64,000 nucleotides of DNA, taken from an uncultured Gemmataceae bacterium. Lineage in GTDB: Bacteria > Planctomycetota > Planctomycetia > Gemmatales > Gemmataceae. This document shows, piece after piece, positions 27,529 to 38,978 of the stretch (its first letter is position 1; every line of letters starts with the position of its first letter). The stretch is taken from contig CAVVPN010000003.1 of the NCBI GenBank assembly GCA_963750165.1, forward strand, positions 192,001 through 256,000, given 5' to 3'. The notes beneath the pieces were generated by a model that did not search any database, was not told the origin of the DNA, and worked only from the letters and a program-made list of their open reading frames with translations. The translations under genes and the position numbers were made by a program.

Positions 27529-29355
27529 TCAATCACGTCCCCCCTGGAGCAGCCGCGCCAGCGGCAGCCGATAGCACGTCGTGTTGCCGTTGCCCGTGAA
27601 CAGCTCCCGCCCGTCCGGCGCGAACGCCAGCGCCCGCACCTGCGTGTCCAGCTCGCGCACCGCCACCTCGGCGCCCGTGGCCGCGTCCCACAGCCGCACC
27701 GTCCGGTCCTCACCGCCGGACGCCAGCCATTTGCCGTCCGGGCTGAACGCCACGCACAGCACCTGACCGTCGTGCCCCGTCAGCTCGCAGAGCAATTCCT
27801 GCGTCCGCACGTCCCACACGCTGATCGACTCCAGCAGCGATGTGCTCGCCAACCGGTCGCCCGTCGGATCGAAGGCCACCGAGGTGGTGCCGCCCAGGAA
27901 CGTCGCCACCTCGCAGCGCTCCGCCAGGTCCCACAGGCTGATGGCTCCATCCGAGCCGCCCGTCGCCAGCCAGTCGATGCCGCCGACCGCCAGCAGCCGG
28001 CCCGCCGGATGGAACGCCAGCGCCTCGACCGTGCAGCCTTGCAGCGGGTCCGGGATAATCAGCATCGGTTCGCCGTCGCCCACGCGCCACAGCCACACCT
28101 CCATCGCCGACGCGCTCGCCGAGGCCAGCGCCCGGCCGTCCGGGCTGAACGCCAGGACCGTGCTCGGCTCCTCCGGGCCCTCCAGCGTCCAGTGCGGCCG
28201 GCCGGTGGCGGCTTCCCACAACTGCACGTGCGTGTCGGCACCGCCGGCCACCCAGCGGCCGTCCGGACTGAACGCCAGCGCATGGATCGGCTCCTCGTCC
28301 GGCAGCGCCACCAGCGCTTTCGCCTGGGCCACGTCCCAGACCTGCGCGGCGCTGCCGCCGTGGTTCAGCGCCAGCCGCCGGCCGTCGGCGCTCAGCGCCA
28401 CCGCCGGCCGCGTCTGCCGCCGACGGGTGCCGGCCGACAGCGACACGCCGACCACCGGATCCCACAGCCGAATGATGCGGTCGCCGCCGCCGCACGCCAG
28501 CCGCCGATTGTCCGGGCTGAACGCCAGGCAGCGCGCCTCCACGTCCGCGCCGCGCAGCACGTATCGGCAGCGCCGCGTCGGCAGGTCCCAGATGTGGACC
28601 GCGTTGGCCGAGTCGGCGCAGGCCAGCAGGGCGCCGTCGTGGCTCAGCGCCAGGCAGTAGACCTGCTGGGCGTGGCTGTTGAGCAGGATGACCGGCGCGC
28701 CGCTGGCGGTGTCCCACAGTCGGGCGGTGGTGTCCCAGCCGGCGGAGATCAGATGGCGGTTGTCTGGCAGCCACACCAGCGCCGGGATACGGTCGGTATG
28801 ACCGGTCAGGGTCATCACGTACCGGCCATCGGCCAGGTCCCAGACGTGGATGATCCGGTCCTCACCGGCAGCGGCCAGCAGGCGGCCGTCCGGGCTGACA
28901 GCGACGGCGCTGACCTCGCGGTCGTGCCGGCAGAACTCGTGCAACAGTTGATGGCCGGACACGTCCCAGAAGCGCACCGCCCCGTCGTCGTGGCCGGTGG
29001 CTACCAGGGTCGGGTCCGGGGCGAACGCCAGGGCCGTCACCCAGGCGGGCTGCGGCAGCACCGTCAGCAGGTGGCCCGAGGCCGGGTCCCAGATCGACAG
29101 GTCGTTGCTCGCCGAGGCCAGCACACGGGCGTTGTCGCTGAAGCACCACAGCGACTCCAGATCGCTGGCCTGGTGCCAGGACAGCGCCTGACCGGTGACC
29201 GCGTGCCACTGCCGCACCACCCCGGGCTCCTCCACCGACCACAGCGACCCGTCCGCGGCGAACGCCAGGGCCACCAGTTCGCCATCGGTCTGCAATTGCG
29301 GGTCGCCGTAGACCACGGCGTCGGGCACGACACGTGATATCAGGGTGGGGGTCAT
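27529..29355 (-). CDS. WD40-repeat protein
   Basis: Many LAFSPDG...RLWD repeats; probable start MTPTLIS at 29355. Confidence 0.9.
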   Translation of the reverse strand: MTPTLISRVVPDAVVYGDPQLQTDGELVALAFAADGSLWSVEEPGVVRQWHAVTGQALSWHQASDLESLWCFSDNARVLASASNDLSIWDPASGHLLTVLPQPAWVTALAFAPDPTLVATGHDDGAVRFWDVSGHQLLHEFCRHDREVSAVAVSPDGRLLAAAGEDRIIHVWDLADGRYVMTLTGHTDRIPALVWLPDNRHLISAGWDTTARLWDTASGAPVILLNSHAQQVYCLALSHDGALLACADSANAVHIWDLPTRRCRYVLRGADVEARCLAFSPDNRRLACGGGDRIIRLWDPVVGVSLSAGTRRRQTRPAVALSADGRRLALNHGGSAAQVWDVAQAKALVALPDEEPIHALAFSPDGRWVAGGADTHVQLWEAATGRPHWTLEGPEEPSTVLAFSPDGRALASASASAMEVWLWRVGDGEPMLIIPDPLQGCTVEALAFHPAGRLLAVGGIDWLATGGSDGAISLWDLAERCEVATFLGGTTSVAFDPTGDRLASTSLLESISVWDVRTQELLCELTGHDGQVLCVAFSPDGKWLASGGEDRTVRLWDAATGAEVAVRELDTQVRALAFAPDGRELFTGNGNTTCYRLPLARLLQGGRD

Positions 29356-29506
29356 GGTTGTTCTCACGGACCTGCGGCGCGGAGCGTCGCCGCGACCATT
29401 GCGGTTGACGGGAAAGTTTACCACAATTTCAGTAAAGGATAGTCCGGGACGCCGCCGGACGGGGAAAAATCCGCAGATCCTGCGCTGCCCCGCTCGGAAA
29501 AAAAGG

Positions 29507-29574
29507 GGCGAGCGGCGCGGCGTCAGCCCGCCGGTGCTGCAAAGTACCGGCGGCCTGACGCCGCGCCGCTCGCC
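29507..29574. repeat. REP-like palindrome family A, copy 3
   Basis: GGCGAGCGGCGCGGCGTCAGCCCGCCGGT...ACCGGCGGCCTGACGCCGCGCCGCTCGCC. Confidence 0.9.
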
Positions 29575-29594
29575 TGGAGCGCGGGGTACGACCC

Positions 29595-32500
29595 CTACCG
29601 CGACGGAGCGTCGGTGTCGAACTGCTTGCTGACGTTGGGGTTGAGGATCTTGCGGTTGTAGCTCTCGCCCAGGCCCTCCAGGAAGGTCACGCGAAAGTCC
29701 TTGGCCAGCTCCATCTGGCAGTATTCCACGAACCGATCCATGTTGGTCGCGCCCATCCAGCTGGCCATGAAGGACTCGGGCCGCGGATTGTCCTGCAGTC
29801 GCCGGGCCAGCTGGGCGAACTGGATTTGCCGGTGCAACTCGGCACTGGTGTTCGGGGCCGCGAGGATGTAAAAGATGGTCTGCGGCTTGTTGGCGATCAC
29901 CTGCAGTACGTGGCCAGTGCCGCGCTTGTTGAACAGCTCCTTGTTCAGCTCGTCCAGCCACGGAATGGCGGGCGCGTTCTTCTCGCCGTACTTCTCCTTG
30001 CCCCGGGCCGTGCTGAGCGGCTCCTTCAGGTGGGCCATCGCCAGGACGCTATCCCGCGTGTCTTTGCGCGGGAACTCGATGCGGTGCCGTGGCAGTTCGT
30101 AGGGCACGTAATCAATGGTTACCCCGAGCGGGTTGTTCACGTTGCGGATCTCGTGCCGCTCCAGCATCGCCACCTTGGGGAACTGAATCGGCGGCTGATC
30201 GACCTTCTTGCCCTCGCGGTCCAGCGCTCCCTCGAAGCTCCGGCCAGCTGTCTCGGCCGCGCAGCGCGGCGGTCATCGCCTTGAGGTTCTCGGCCACCTT
30301 CTTGCGGGCCTCCTGCCGCTTCCACGCCTTGATCACCTCGGGGCGGAGTTCCGGCGTCAGGGTGGTCGGCGTCTGCTCCGCCTGTTCGCTGATCTTCCAG
30401 AACAGCATGGGCCGTTCAGCCTTGCGGAACAGATCCACGCGCTTTTCCGTCTCGCCGGGCTTCAGCGTTTCAAACGCCTGCCGTTTCGCCGTGATGCGCG
30501 GCGGCCACTCGCGCGGGATGTACGGGGCCACGTTGCCGACCGAGAACGCCTCATCAGCGAAGAACAGTTTGTAGAAATCAACGTCGCGCAGCTGGCGTGG
30601 CGTGCCGGCGCGGCCCTCGGTCAGATTGATGGTGTCCAGGCTCCTGTCGAACTCGTCGCGCAGCGGCAGCAGGGCCGGCACCTTGGTGGCCTGATACTGG
30701 TCGAACAACAAGGTCGTCTTGTAGTCCAGCGGGTACTTCAGCACCAGCGCCGGGACCACATCGCGGTTGAACTTGAAGTTGTCGCCCTTGACGGTCGGGT
30801 CCGTCAGCTGCTTCTCGACGGCCAGCATGGTGTTGGTGATCCACTTCTGGGCCAGCTTCTTCACAATCTGGTCCTGGATCAGCCGCTCCCGCACGGGGCC
30901 GGTCAGGGCCACGCGCCGCAGGGGCTGACCGGGCTGGCCAGGCATCGGGTGAGTGGTAACTTCCCCCTGCACGGAATAGACCATCGTGGCTTTGGGATCG
31001 ACCAGACCGCTCAGGCCGTTGGGCAGAGGGCCGGTGGTCGGAGCGCTCAGGCCCACCAGGCGAGCCGTCAGCTCCGCCCGCCCCTGCTCTTCCTTCTTCA
31101 GGACCGGCGCCCACTGCTTCTCCAGGCCCGAGATGACGTCGTCGAAGTAGGCCCGCTTCATGAACTGCCCGGCCGGCATCGGCCCGAGCGTCGATATGCC
31201 CCCGGCCACCCCCACGATGCTCGCCACGGTGGTCGGCTTGAGCTTCGGCTGCTCCTTGCCCAGGTCCGGGTAGGTCCCGAACGGATTGTTGAGCAGCTTG
31301 TTTTTGAACGCCAGCATGGCCAGAGCCTCGCGGTCGCTCACGGCCGGCAGGAAGAAATACAGGCGGTAACGGGCGTCCGTGAAGTTCACGCCTTTACTGG
31401 CCTCCGTCTTGCGATGGCCCTGGAACGTCCAGTTCTGGAAATAGTAGCGCTCCCAGCCGGGCCGGCCGGGCTTGCTCAGGTTCTCCAGGTCGCGCTGCAG
31501 CGACGTGTCGAAGGCTTCGGTGCGCAGGTCGCGTCCCAGGCGGGTGTAGGCGAGCGCCAGCACTGGCTGGCCGAGCGTGAGCGTCGGCACCGGTGCCGCC
31601 ATCAGGGCGGTGACCGCCTCGGCGCTGCGCTGGAACGCCGGCTCCTTCGGCATCAGCACGCCCACCTGGATTTTCTTGGGCATCGTGAAGCCGGGCTGCT
31701 CCGAATTGGGATCGTACTTCTTCTTGGCGTGCGCCTTGAAGAACGCCTGCACCTGGGCCTCGGTCGGCTCGGGGACGGATTTGGCCAGGGCGTCGAGCGC
31801 CACCGGCAGCACGTCAAGGGTTGCCTCGCTGCGGGTTTTAACGTGGTAGGCGAACAGCTGCTCGGGTGTCAGCGGGAAGCGGGTCTGCTTGGGGAAGGAG
31901 TCGAGCAGCAACTTGTCTGGGTTGCGCTGGCCGAACATCAGGAGGGCGGTGCGGCACTCCAGGCCGGCCAGCTTGGCGATCTGCACGCGGAATTCATCGG
32001 TCAGGGCGCGCAGGATCACGTCGTCGGTGGCGTTGTAATGTTGCTGCCGCACCGACTCCTGAAGCTTGCGCGAGTGGCCCGGCTCGAAGCCGATGAAAAT
32101 GCCGTGGACCGACGTGTACACCAGGTCGCGGACATTCTCGGGGCTCAGCTGGATGTCCATCTTGTTAGCGAGTTCCAGCCAGGTCAGGAAGTTGGACAGG
32201 TCCTCCAGGCGCGTGCCCGTCTCGAAGTAGCGCGGCTGGCTGAGGCGGTCGATCAGGTCTTTTTGCAGGGTCGCGATCATCTGCAACTGCACCGCCCGCT
32301 TGTCGGCCGCCGCCTTGTCCTTCTTGGCCAGTTCGTTGATCTGCTTCTGGTTCTCGGTGAGGATTTCCTTGAAGCGTTCGATGCCGTACTTCATCAACTG
32401 CTTCATGAACTCGTCAGCGATGTTGCGGCGGGCCTTGAGGTCCTCCAGTTCGCGGTAGCGGACGGTGCGGTTGCTGATTTCGAGGACCGGCTCGCCGGCG

Positions 32501-32652
32501 GCGCGGTTGGCGTTGAACAGTTCGAGGAGGCGTGCGCCCAGGTCGCCCTGCACGCCGGTGCAGAGCACGAAGGTGAGCATGCACATGAGCAGGATGGCGG
32601 CCATCCAGTATTTTTGGTTCTTTTGGAAGTTGCGAAAGGGATTGAAAGCCAT
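29595..32652 (-). CDS. Large membrane-anchored periplasmic protein, possibly PpiD/SurA-like chaperone (frameshift near 30230)
   Basis: FRNFQKNQKYWMAAILLMCMLTFVL anchor; EPTEAQVQAFFKAH..KY; frame continues as GALDREGKKVDQPPIQFPKVAMLERHE to stop at 29595. Confidence 0.6.
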
Positions 32653-32812
32653 GTTACGACCCCGAGTTAGAGCCCGCCGTCCGCCGTCCGCCGTCCGTCA
32701 CGCGCCTTGACACCGCGCGGAGCGGTGTAGTATGGGAGAGGGACGCCCTCGACTCAAAATAGCGATTGTAGCGAGTCTGCGCCCCAGTACAACAGCAACC
32801 GGCCCCGGCGCT

Positions 32813-32870
32813 CGTGGGGCAGACATTCCTGTCTGCCGGTCCCCTGGCAGACAGGAAAGTCTGCCCCACG
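32813..32870. repeat. REP doublet upstream of topA
   Basis: CGTGGGGCAGACATTCCTGTCTGCC...GGCAGACAGGAAAGTCTGCCCCACG, each arm itself a hairpin. Confidence 0.88.
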
Positions 32871-33018
32871 GAAGAAAGAATCCCGGGGGCCGCCGCGACC
32901 CTCCAAGCATAAGGATAGGCGAGGCGGTGGTTCTCGCCGCCGGGGCTTGACCGACACCGATACACTACGAACTACGCACGAAAGACCAAGGGAGTCGTCG
33001 CTACTCAAGGAGTTTGCT

Positions 33019-35721
33019 GTGGCCGCACGGAAGAAGAAGAATCTGGTCATCGTCGAGTCGCCGGCCAAGGCGCGGACGATCAACAAATACCTGGGCGCGG
33101 ACTTTGAAGTGGTCGCCAGCAAGGGGCACGTCCGCGACCTGCCCAAGAGCCGCTTCGGCATCGACATCGAGAACGGCTGGGTGCCGACCTACCGGCCGCT
33201 GCAGGATCGCAAGGACGTGCTGACCACCCTGAAAAAGCAGGCCGCGTCCGCCGGCATGGTCTATCTGGCGCCCGACCCCGACCGTGAGGGCGAGGCCATC
33301 GCCTGGCACCTCAAGGAAGCGCTCGGCCTGAAGGACGAACAGGTGCGGCGCGTCACCTTCAACGAGATCACCAGGACCGCCGTGCAGAAGGCGTTCGCCG
33401 AGCCGCGCACCCTGGACATGGACCGCGTCGCCGCCCAGGAGGCGCGGCGCTTTCTGGATCGCGTCGTCGGCTACAAGCTGAGCCCGCTGCTGAGCCGCAA
33501 GCTCGGCGACGAGGACCTGAGCGCCGGCCGCGTCCAGTCCGTGGCGGTGCGCCTGATCGTTGAACGCGAGCGCGAAATCCAGGCGTTCAAGCCCGAGGAA
33601 TACTGGAAGATCACCGCCCTGCTGGCGCCCGAAGGCAAGATCGCCAAACCGGTCGCCCTGCAGTTGAAGCCAGTCACGAAGAAATTCGGCAAGAAAACGG
33701 AGGAGGACGGCCAGGACGGCAAGGACGAGAAGGACACCGAGGGCGGCGAGGAGGCTCCGGCCGTGGCGGCGCTGTCGGCGTTCGTGCTGCCGGAGGGCTC
33801 GTTCCTGTCGGAGCTGGCGGAGTGGAACGGTCAGAAATTCAAGGCGGGCAACGGCACGGAGGCGGGCGCCATCGTCAAGGCTCTGGAGGGGGCGAATTAC
33901 GTCGTCAGCAAGGTCGAGCAGAAGGACCGTCAGGAGAAGGCACCGCCGCCGTTCACGACCAGCACACTGCAACAGCAGGCGGCCATCCGCCTGCACTACC
34001 ACGCCAAGCGCACCATGATGATCGCGCAGCGCCTGTACGAAGGCGTGGACCTCGGCCCCGACGGCGCGGTGGCGCTTATCACCTACATGCGCACCGACAG
34101 CACGCGCGTCTCAGAGGACGCCTTGAAGGCGTGCCGCGGCGTCATCCAGCAGAAGTACGGCGACAAGTACCTGCCGGAACAGGCGAACCGCTTCGCCTCG
34201 GGCAAGAGCGCCCAGGAGGCGCACGAGGCCATTCGGCCGACGGACCTGACTTACACGCCGGAGCGCGTGGCCCAGCACGTGTCGCCGGAGCAGGCGAAAC
34301 TGTACGCGCTGATCTACAACCGCTTCGTCGCCAGCCAGATGACGCCGGCGGTGTTCGCGGTGACCAATGTGGATGTGACGGCGAGCCCCCTCACGCCCAA
34401 CCCCTCTCCCCCTGAAGGGGGCGAGGGGAGACCGGTGGGCGTCTTCAAGGCCCAGGGCAAGATCATGAAGTTCGACGGCTACCGCCGGGTGCTGGCGCCG
34501 GCCGGCAAGCAGGAGGACGCGCTGTTGCCGCTGCTGACCGAGAAGCAGGTGCTCGACCTGTTGAAGTTGCACCCGACGCAGCACTTCACGCAGCCGCCGC
34601 CGCGCTTCAACGAGGCGTCGCTGGTCAAGACGCTGGAAACGGAGGGCATCGGCCGGCCGAGCACCTACGCCAGCATCATCAACAAGATCGAGGAGCGTGG
34701 CTACGTCGAGCAGAAGGAGCGGCGCTTCTACGCCACCGAGAAGGGCATGACGGTCACCGATCTGCTGGTGGAGCACTTTCCGAAGGTGATGGACCTGAAG
34801 TTCACCAGCCACATGGAGGAGGAGCTGGACGAGATCGAGGCGGGCAAGTGCCAGCGCAACGTCGTGTTGCAGGAGTTCTACGATCCGTTCAGCCAGGCGC
34901 TGCAGACGGCCGAGATCAAGCTGATGGGCGACGCCCCGAAGTGCCCGGACTGCGGCAAGCCGTTGGTGGAGCGCTTCAGCCGCTTTGGCAAGTTTTTCGG
35001 TTGCAGCGGCCATCCGGAGTGCAAGTACATCAAGAAGGGCGAGCGGGCGCAGAAGGAACCGCCGAAGCCGACGGAGTACCTGTGCCCGACCTGCGGCAAG
35101 CCGATGGTTCAGCGCATGGGCAAGCGCGGGCCGTTCCTGGGCTGCAGCGGCTACCCGGAGTGCAAGACGACGATGAACTTTGACGCCGAGGGCAAGCCGG
35201 TGCTGGCGAGCCGGCCGACGGAGCACGTCTGCGACAAGTGCGGCAAGCCGATGGTGCTGCGCGAGGGGCCGCGCGGCCAGTTTCTGGCCTGCACCGGCTA
35301 TCCGAAATGCAAGAACGCGAAGGATGTGGACGCGAACGGTAATCCGATCCAGCCGATCATGGCCGGCTTCGACTGCGAGAAGTGCGGCAAACCGATGGTC
35401 ATCAAGAAGAGCGCCCGCGGCCCGTTCGCCGGTTGCAGCAACTACCCGACGTGCCGCAGCACCAAGCCGGTGCCGGAGGAACTGAAGGAAAAGTTGAAGG
35501 CGCTCATGCCCGCGTCGGCGCCGGCGAAGAAGAAGGAGACGCCGAAGGTCGCGGTCCATGAGACGTGCCCGGATTGCGGGGCGGCGATGGAGTTGCGCAG
35601 CGGCCGCAAGGGCTTCTTCCTGGGCTGCACGCAGTACCGCAAGACCAAGTGCAAGGGCACGCGCGAGCCGTCGCCGGAGTTGCTGGAGCAGGTGCAGGCG
35701 GCGAGCCCGGCGACGACCTGA
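33019..35721 (+). CDS. topA: DNA topoisomerase I with five C-terminal zinc ribbons
   Basis: LVIVESPAKA, DPDREGEAI, SAGRVQS, ITYMRTDS, QEAHEAIRPT, GIGRPSTY; GTG start after AAGGAG. Confidence 0.97.
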   Translation: MAARKKKNLVIVESPAKARTINKYLGADFEVVASKGHVRDLPKSRFGIDIENGWVPTYRPLQDRKDVLTTLKKQAASAGMVYLAPDPDREGEAIAWHLKEALGLKDEQVRRVTFNEITRTAVQKAFAEPRTLDMDRVAAQEARRFLDRVVGYKLSPLLSRKLGDEDLSAGRVQSVAVRLIVEREREIQAFKPEEYWKITALLAPEGKIAKPVALQLKPVTKKFGKKTEEDGQDGKDEKDTEGGEEAPAVAALSAFVLPEGSFLSELAEWNGQKFKAGNGTEAGAIVKALEGANYVVSKVEQKDRQEKAPPPFTTSTLQQQAAIRLHYHAKRTMMIAQRLYEGVDLGPDGAVALITYMRTDSTRVSEDALKACRGVIQQKYGDKYLPEQANRFASGKSAQEAHEAIRPTDLTYTPERVAQHVSPEQAKLYALIYNRFVASQMTPAVFAVTNVDVTASPLTPNPSPPEGGEGRPVGVFKAQGKIMKFDGYRRVLAPAGKQEDALLPLLTEKQVLDLLKLHPTQHFTQPPPRFNEASLVKTLETEGIGRPSTYASIINKIEERGYVEQKERRFYATEKGMTVTDLLVEHFPKVMDLKFTSHMEEELDEIEAGKCQRNVVLQEFYDPFSQALQTAEIKLMGDAPKCPDCGKPLVERFSRFGKFFGCSGHPECKYIKKGERAQKEPPKPTEYLCPTCGKPMVQRMGKRGPFLGCSGYPECKTTMNFDAEGKPVLASRPTEHVCDKCGKPMVLREGPRGQFLACTGYPKCKNAKDVDANGNPIQPIMAGFDCEKCGKPMVIKKSARGPFAGCSNYPTCRSTKPVPEELKEKLKALMPASAPAKKKETPKVAVHETCPDCGAAMELRSGRKGFFLGCTQYRKTKCKGTREPSPELLEQVQAASPATT
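34384..34432. repeat. Palindromic repeat inserted in frame within topA
   Basis: CCCCTCTCCCCCT-GA-AGGGGGCGAGGGG, encodes SPLTPNPSPPEGGEGR. Confidence 0.75.
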
Positions 35722-36009
35722 GCGCGAGCCCAGTAAGCGACCCGTTGAGAACCTGTGGCAGAAAGGGCCGCTGTCTTCGTTCGTGGTTCCGCCTTCAGAG
35801 ATCGTCCAACTTTCAAGTGTTGGTAAATAAGGAATTACGGCGAGCAGGGTGGCCGCAACCGCGCCGGCCGACAAGGGTTGCCACAACGCGGCACCACTTT
35901 TGCCGGTTTTCTTTTGCCTGCTCCGCGGAGGCAGGGTACGATCAAACCAGTGCCCGGCACCTCGCCGCGGCCCCGTCGCCTCAACTACGTTTCAGGGGGG
36001 TCCCACCAC

Positions 36010-37290
36010 ATGCTCACCATCTGGGGAGCCAAACAGGGGTTCTGCGACGGCCTGAGCCGCCGCAATTTCCTCAAGATCGGCGCGTTCGGCGCCGGTCTCA
36101 CCCTCGCCGAGCTGCTCCGGCTCCGCGCCGAGGGCATCACCGTCAACGGGGGCACCGCGTCCCGCAAGGCCGCCATCATGATTTACCTGCCCGGCGGCCC
36201 GTCGCACCTGGACATGTACGACCTCAAACCCGACGCCCCCGCCGAGTTCCGCGGCGACTTCCACCCGATCGCCACCAACGTGCCCGGCGTGCAAATCTGC
36301 GAGCACTTCCCCATGCAGGCGCGCATGTGGGACAAGCTGGCGGCCGTCCGCTCCATCGTCAGCGTCGATGAGCACAGCGACTCGCTGGTCAGCACCGGCT
36401 ACAGCCAGCGCGAAAACATGACCGCCAACCATCCGTCGTTCGGCTCGGTGGTGTCGCGGCTGCGCGGCGACAGCGGCAACGTGCCGCCGTTCGTCAGCCT
36501 GCGCGGCATGTCGCGCGGCACCGAACCCGGCTTCCTCGGCGTGTCCCACCGGCCCTTCTCGCCGTCAGGCCCCGGCGTGCAGAACCTGCGGCCGCTCACC
36601 GGCATGACGAACGAGCGCACCGCCGAGCGCCGCACCATGCTCCAGGGCTTCGACGACATCCGCCGTGAGGTGGACGCCAGCGGCACCCTGACCGGCATGG
36701 ACTCCTTCCAGCAGCGCGCCTTCGATATGATCGCCTCCGGCGGCGTCCGCACCGCCCTCGACCTGACGCGCGAGAACGCCGCCACCCGCGAGCGCTACCG
36801 CGGCGTCGAGCAGTTCCTGACGGCCCGCCGGCTGGTGGAAGCGGGCGTCGGCTGCGTCACGCTGTCGATCGGTGGCTGGGACACGCACGGCCAGAACTTC
36901 CAGCAGTTGCGCCGCCAGTTGCCGCAGGTGGACCGCGGCGTCGCCAACCTGATTCAGGACCTGCACGACCGCGGCATGCAGAACGACGTGGTGACGGTCA
37001 TGTGGGGCGAGTTCGGCCGCACGCCGCGCATCAACCGCAACGCCGGCCGCGATCACTGGTCGCCGGTCATGTCGGCCATGATCGCTGGCGGCGGCCTGCG
37101 CATGGGCCAGATGGTCGGCACCTCGACGGCCCGCGGCGAACGGCCGCAGGACCGCCGCGTCACCGTGCCACAACTGCTGGCCACGATGTACCGCGTCCTG
37201 GGCATCGATCCGGCCCGGACGTTCCCGAACGGCACCGGCCGGCCCGTCCACATCCTGGACGACCGCACTCCGGTGCGCGAGCTGCTGTAA
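36010..37290 (+). CDS. DUF1501-family protein
   Basis: SRRNFLK twin-arginine motif, GGPSHLDMYDLKP, ARRLVEAGV, GWDTH, GEFGRTP, GRDHW. Confidence 0.93.
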   Translation: MLTIWGAKQGFCDGLSRRNFLKIGAFGAGLTLAELLRLRAEGITVNGGTASRKAAIMIYLPGGPSHLDMYDLKPDAPAEFRGDFHPIATNVPGVQICEHFPMQARMWDKLAAVRSIVSVDEHSDSLVSTGYSQRENMTANHPSFGSVVSRLRGDSGNVPPFVSLRGMSRGTEPGFLGVSHRPFSPSGPGVQNLRPLTGMTNERTAERRTMLQGFDDIRREVDASGTLTGMDSFQQRAFDMIASGGVRTALDLTRENAATRERYRGVEQFLTARRLVEAGVGCVTLSIGGWDTHGQNFQQLRRQLPQVDRGVANLIQDLHDRGMQNDVVTVMWGEFGRTPRINRNAGRDHWSPVMSAMIAGGGLRMGQMVGTSTARGERPQDRRVTVPQLLATMYRVLGIDPARTFPNGTGRPVHILDDRTPVRELL

Positions 37291-37297
37291 TTCTGAG

Positions 37298-37421
37298 CAG
37301 GGGTCAGGGGGCAGGGGTCAGCAGTCAGAAAAAACAAAATCGCCTTTGCTGCGTTACAATAGCAGCGTCGGCTCAGGTCGGTTTTTTCTGACCGCTGACC
37401 ACTGACCGCTGACCACTGACC
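37298..37421. repeat. Inverted pair of heptamer tandem arrays
   Basis: (CAGGGGT)n..GTCAGAAAAAAC / GTTTTTTCTGAC(CGCTGAC/CACTGAC)n. Confidence 0.8.
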
Positions 37422-37441
37422 ATTGTTTGAAGGATGCGCTC

Positions 37442-38913
37442 ATGTCCGACAACCCGTCTCTTCAGGCACCCACTGCCGAGCGCCGCCGCATCGCCGCCGG
37501 CAAATTCGAGCGCGCCAACCAGGTCGCCGCCACCAATAACTTCGACTACGCCATCAAGCTCCTGATCGAGTGCTGTCAGCTCGACCCCGCGAACCTGATC
37601 TACCGCAAGGCGCTGCGCCAGACGCAGCGCGCCAAGCACGGCAACAATCAGCGCGGCAGCACCCTGGCCCTGCTGACCACCGGGCCGCAGAAACTGCGTC
37701 TGCAGGCGGCGCGCCGCAGTGGCGACCATTTGAAGGCGCTGGAGCACGCCGAGCACATCCTTGTCAAGAACCCGTGGGATGTCGGCGCCCAACTGGCGCT
37801 GGCCGAGACGTTTGACGACCTGAAACTGCCCGATCAAGCGATCTGGTGTCTGGAGATGGCGCGCCAGACCACCCCCGATAACAAGAAGGTCAACCGGCTG
37901 CTGGCCCGGCTGTACGAGCGGCGCGGCAACTTCGCGCAGGCCATCGCCCTGTGGGAGTGGCTGCGCAAGAAGGATCCCACCGATGTGGAGGCGGCGGGCA
38001 AGGCCAGCGAGATCGCGGCCCTCTCGACCATCGCCCGCGGCAATTACGAGCAGGTCATCGCTGGACGCCAGGCCGCCGAGGCCACGGAACGCGAGCAGGA
38101 GGCTGGCACGGGGGAGGCCGTCAACGAGACGGACACGCATCAGGCTGCGGGCACGGCCGAGACGCAGGCGCTGCTCCACCCGCGCATCGCCCGGGAGGCG
38201 GCGCCACTGCTGGCCAGGTTGAAGGCCAACCAGTCCAACCCGAACGTGTATTTGCAGCTGGCCCAGCTGTACCGCAAGGCGGAACTGCCCGACGAGGCCC
38301 GCAAGACCCTGCAACAGGGACTGGCGCCGACCGGCAACGCCTTCGAGCTGGCCGCCGAGCTGGCGGAACTGGACCTGGAGCCATTCCGCAAGAACCTGGA
38401 GATCGCCGACGCGAAGCTGAAGCGCGACCCGAAGAACGAGGAGGTGCGCAGCTCCGCGCCCGGTTGGTCAAGGAAATCAACACGCGCGAACTACAACTGT
38501 TCCAGCAGAAGGCGGAGCGCTACCCAACCGAACTGGGTCACCGCTTCGAGTTGGGCGTGCGGCTGCTGCGAGCCAATCAGCTCGACGAGGCCATCCGCGA
38601 ACTGCAGGCGGCCCGCTCGGACCCACGGCATCATCACAGGGCGCTGTATCATCTGGGCTTCTGCTTCAAGAGCCGCAACAACTGGCGGCTGGCGCAGCGC
38701 AACTTCGAGGAAGCGCTGAAGGACCTGCCCGCCGGCGAGGACGCGCTGCGCAAGGAACTGCTGTTCCAGCTGGCGCAGGGGGCCGCGGAGTCGGGGGATT
38801 TGCCGCACGCCATCGATGTGGGACTGGAACTGGCCAACCTGGATTTCGGGTACAAGGACATCGGCCGGCTGCTGGACGAGTGGCAATCGAAGGAGCACGC
38901 GAAGAAAAGCTAA
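37442..38913 (+). CDS. Tetratricopeptide-repeat protein (frameshift near 38450)
   Basis: FDYAIKLLIECCQLDP, ALYHLGFCF, LDFGYKDI; a +1 base restores VR-x-LRARLVKEIN. Confidence 0.82.
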
Positions 38914-38978
38914 CTCTCGTACTCTTGTTCCCGTGCTCCGCGCTGTGTCCCTGGTGTCGTGGGGATGCAACCTTCTTT

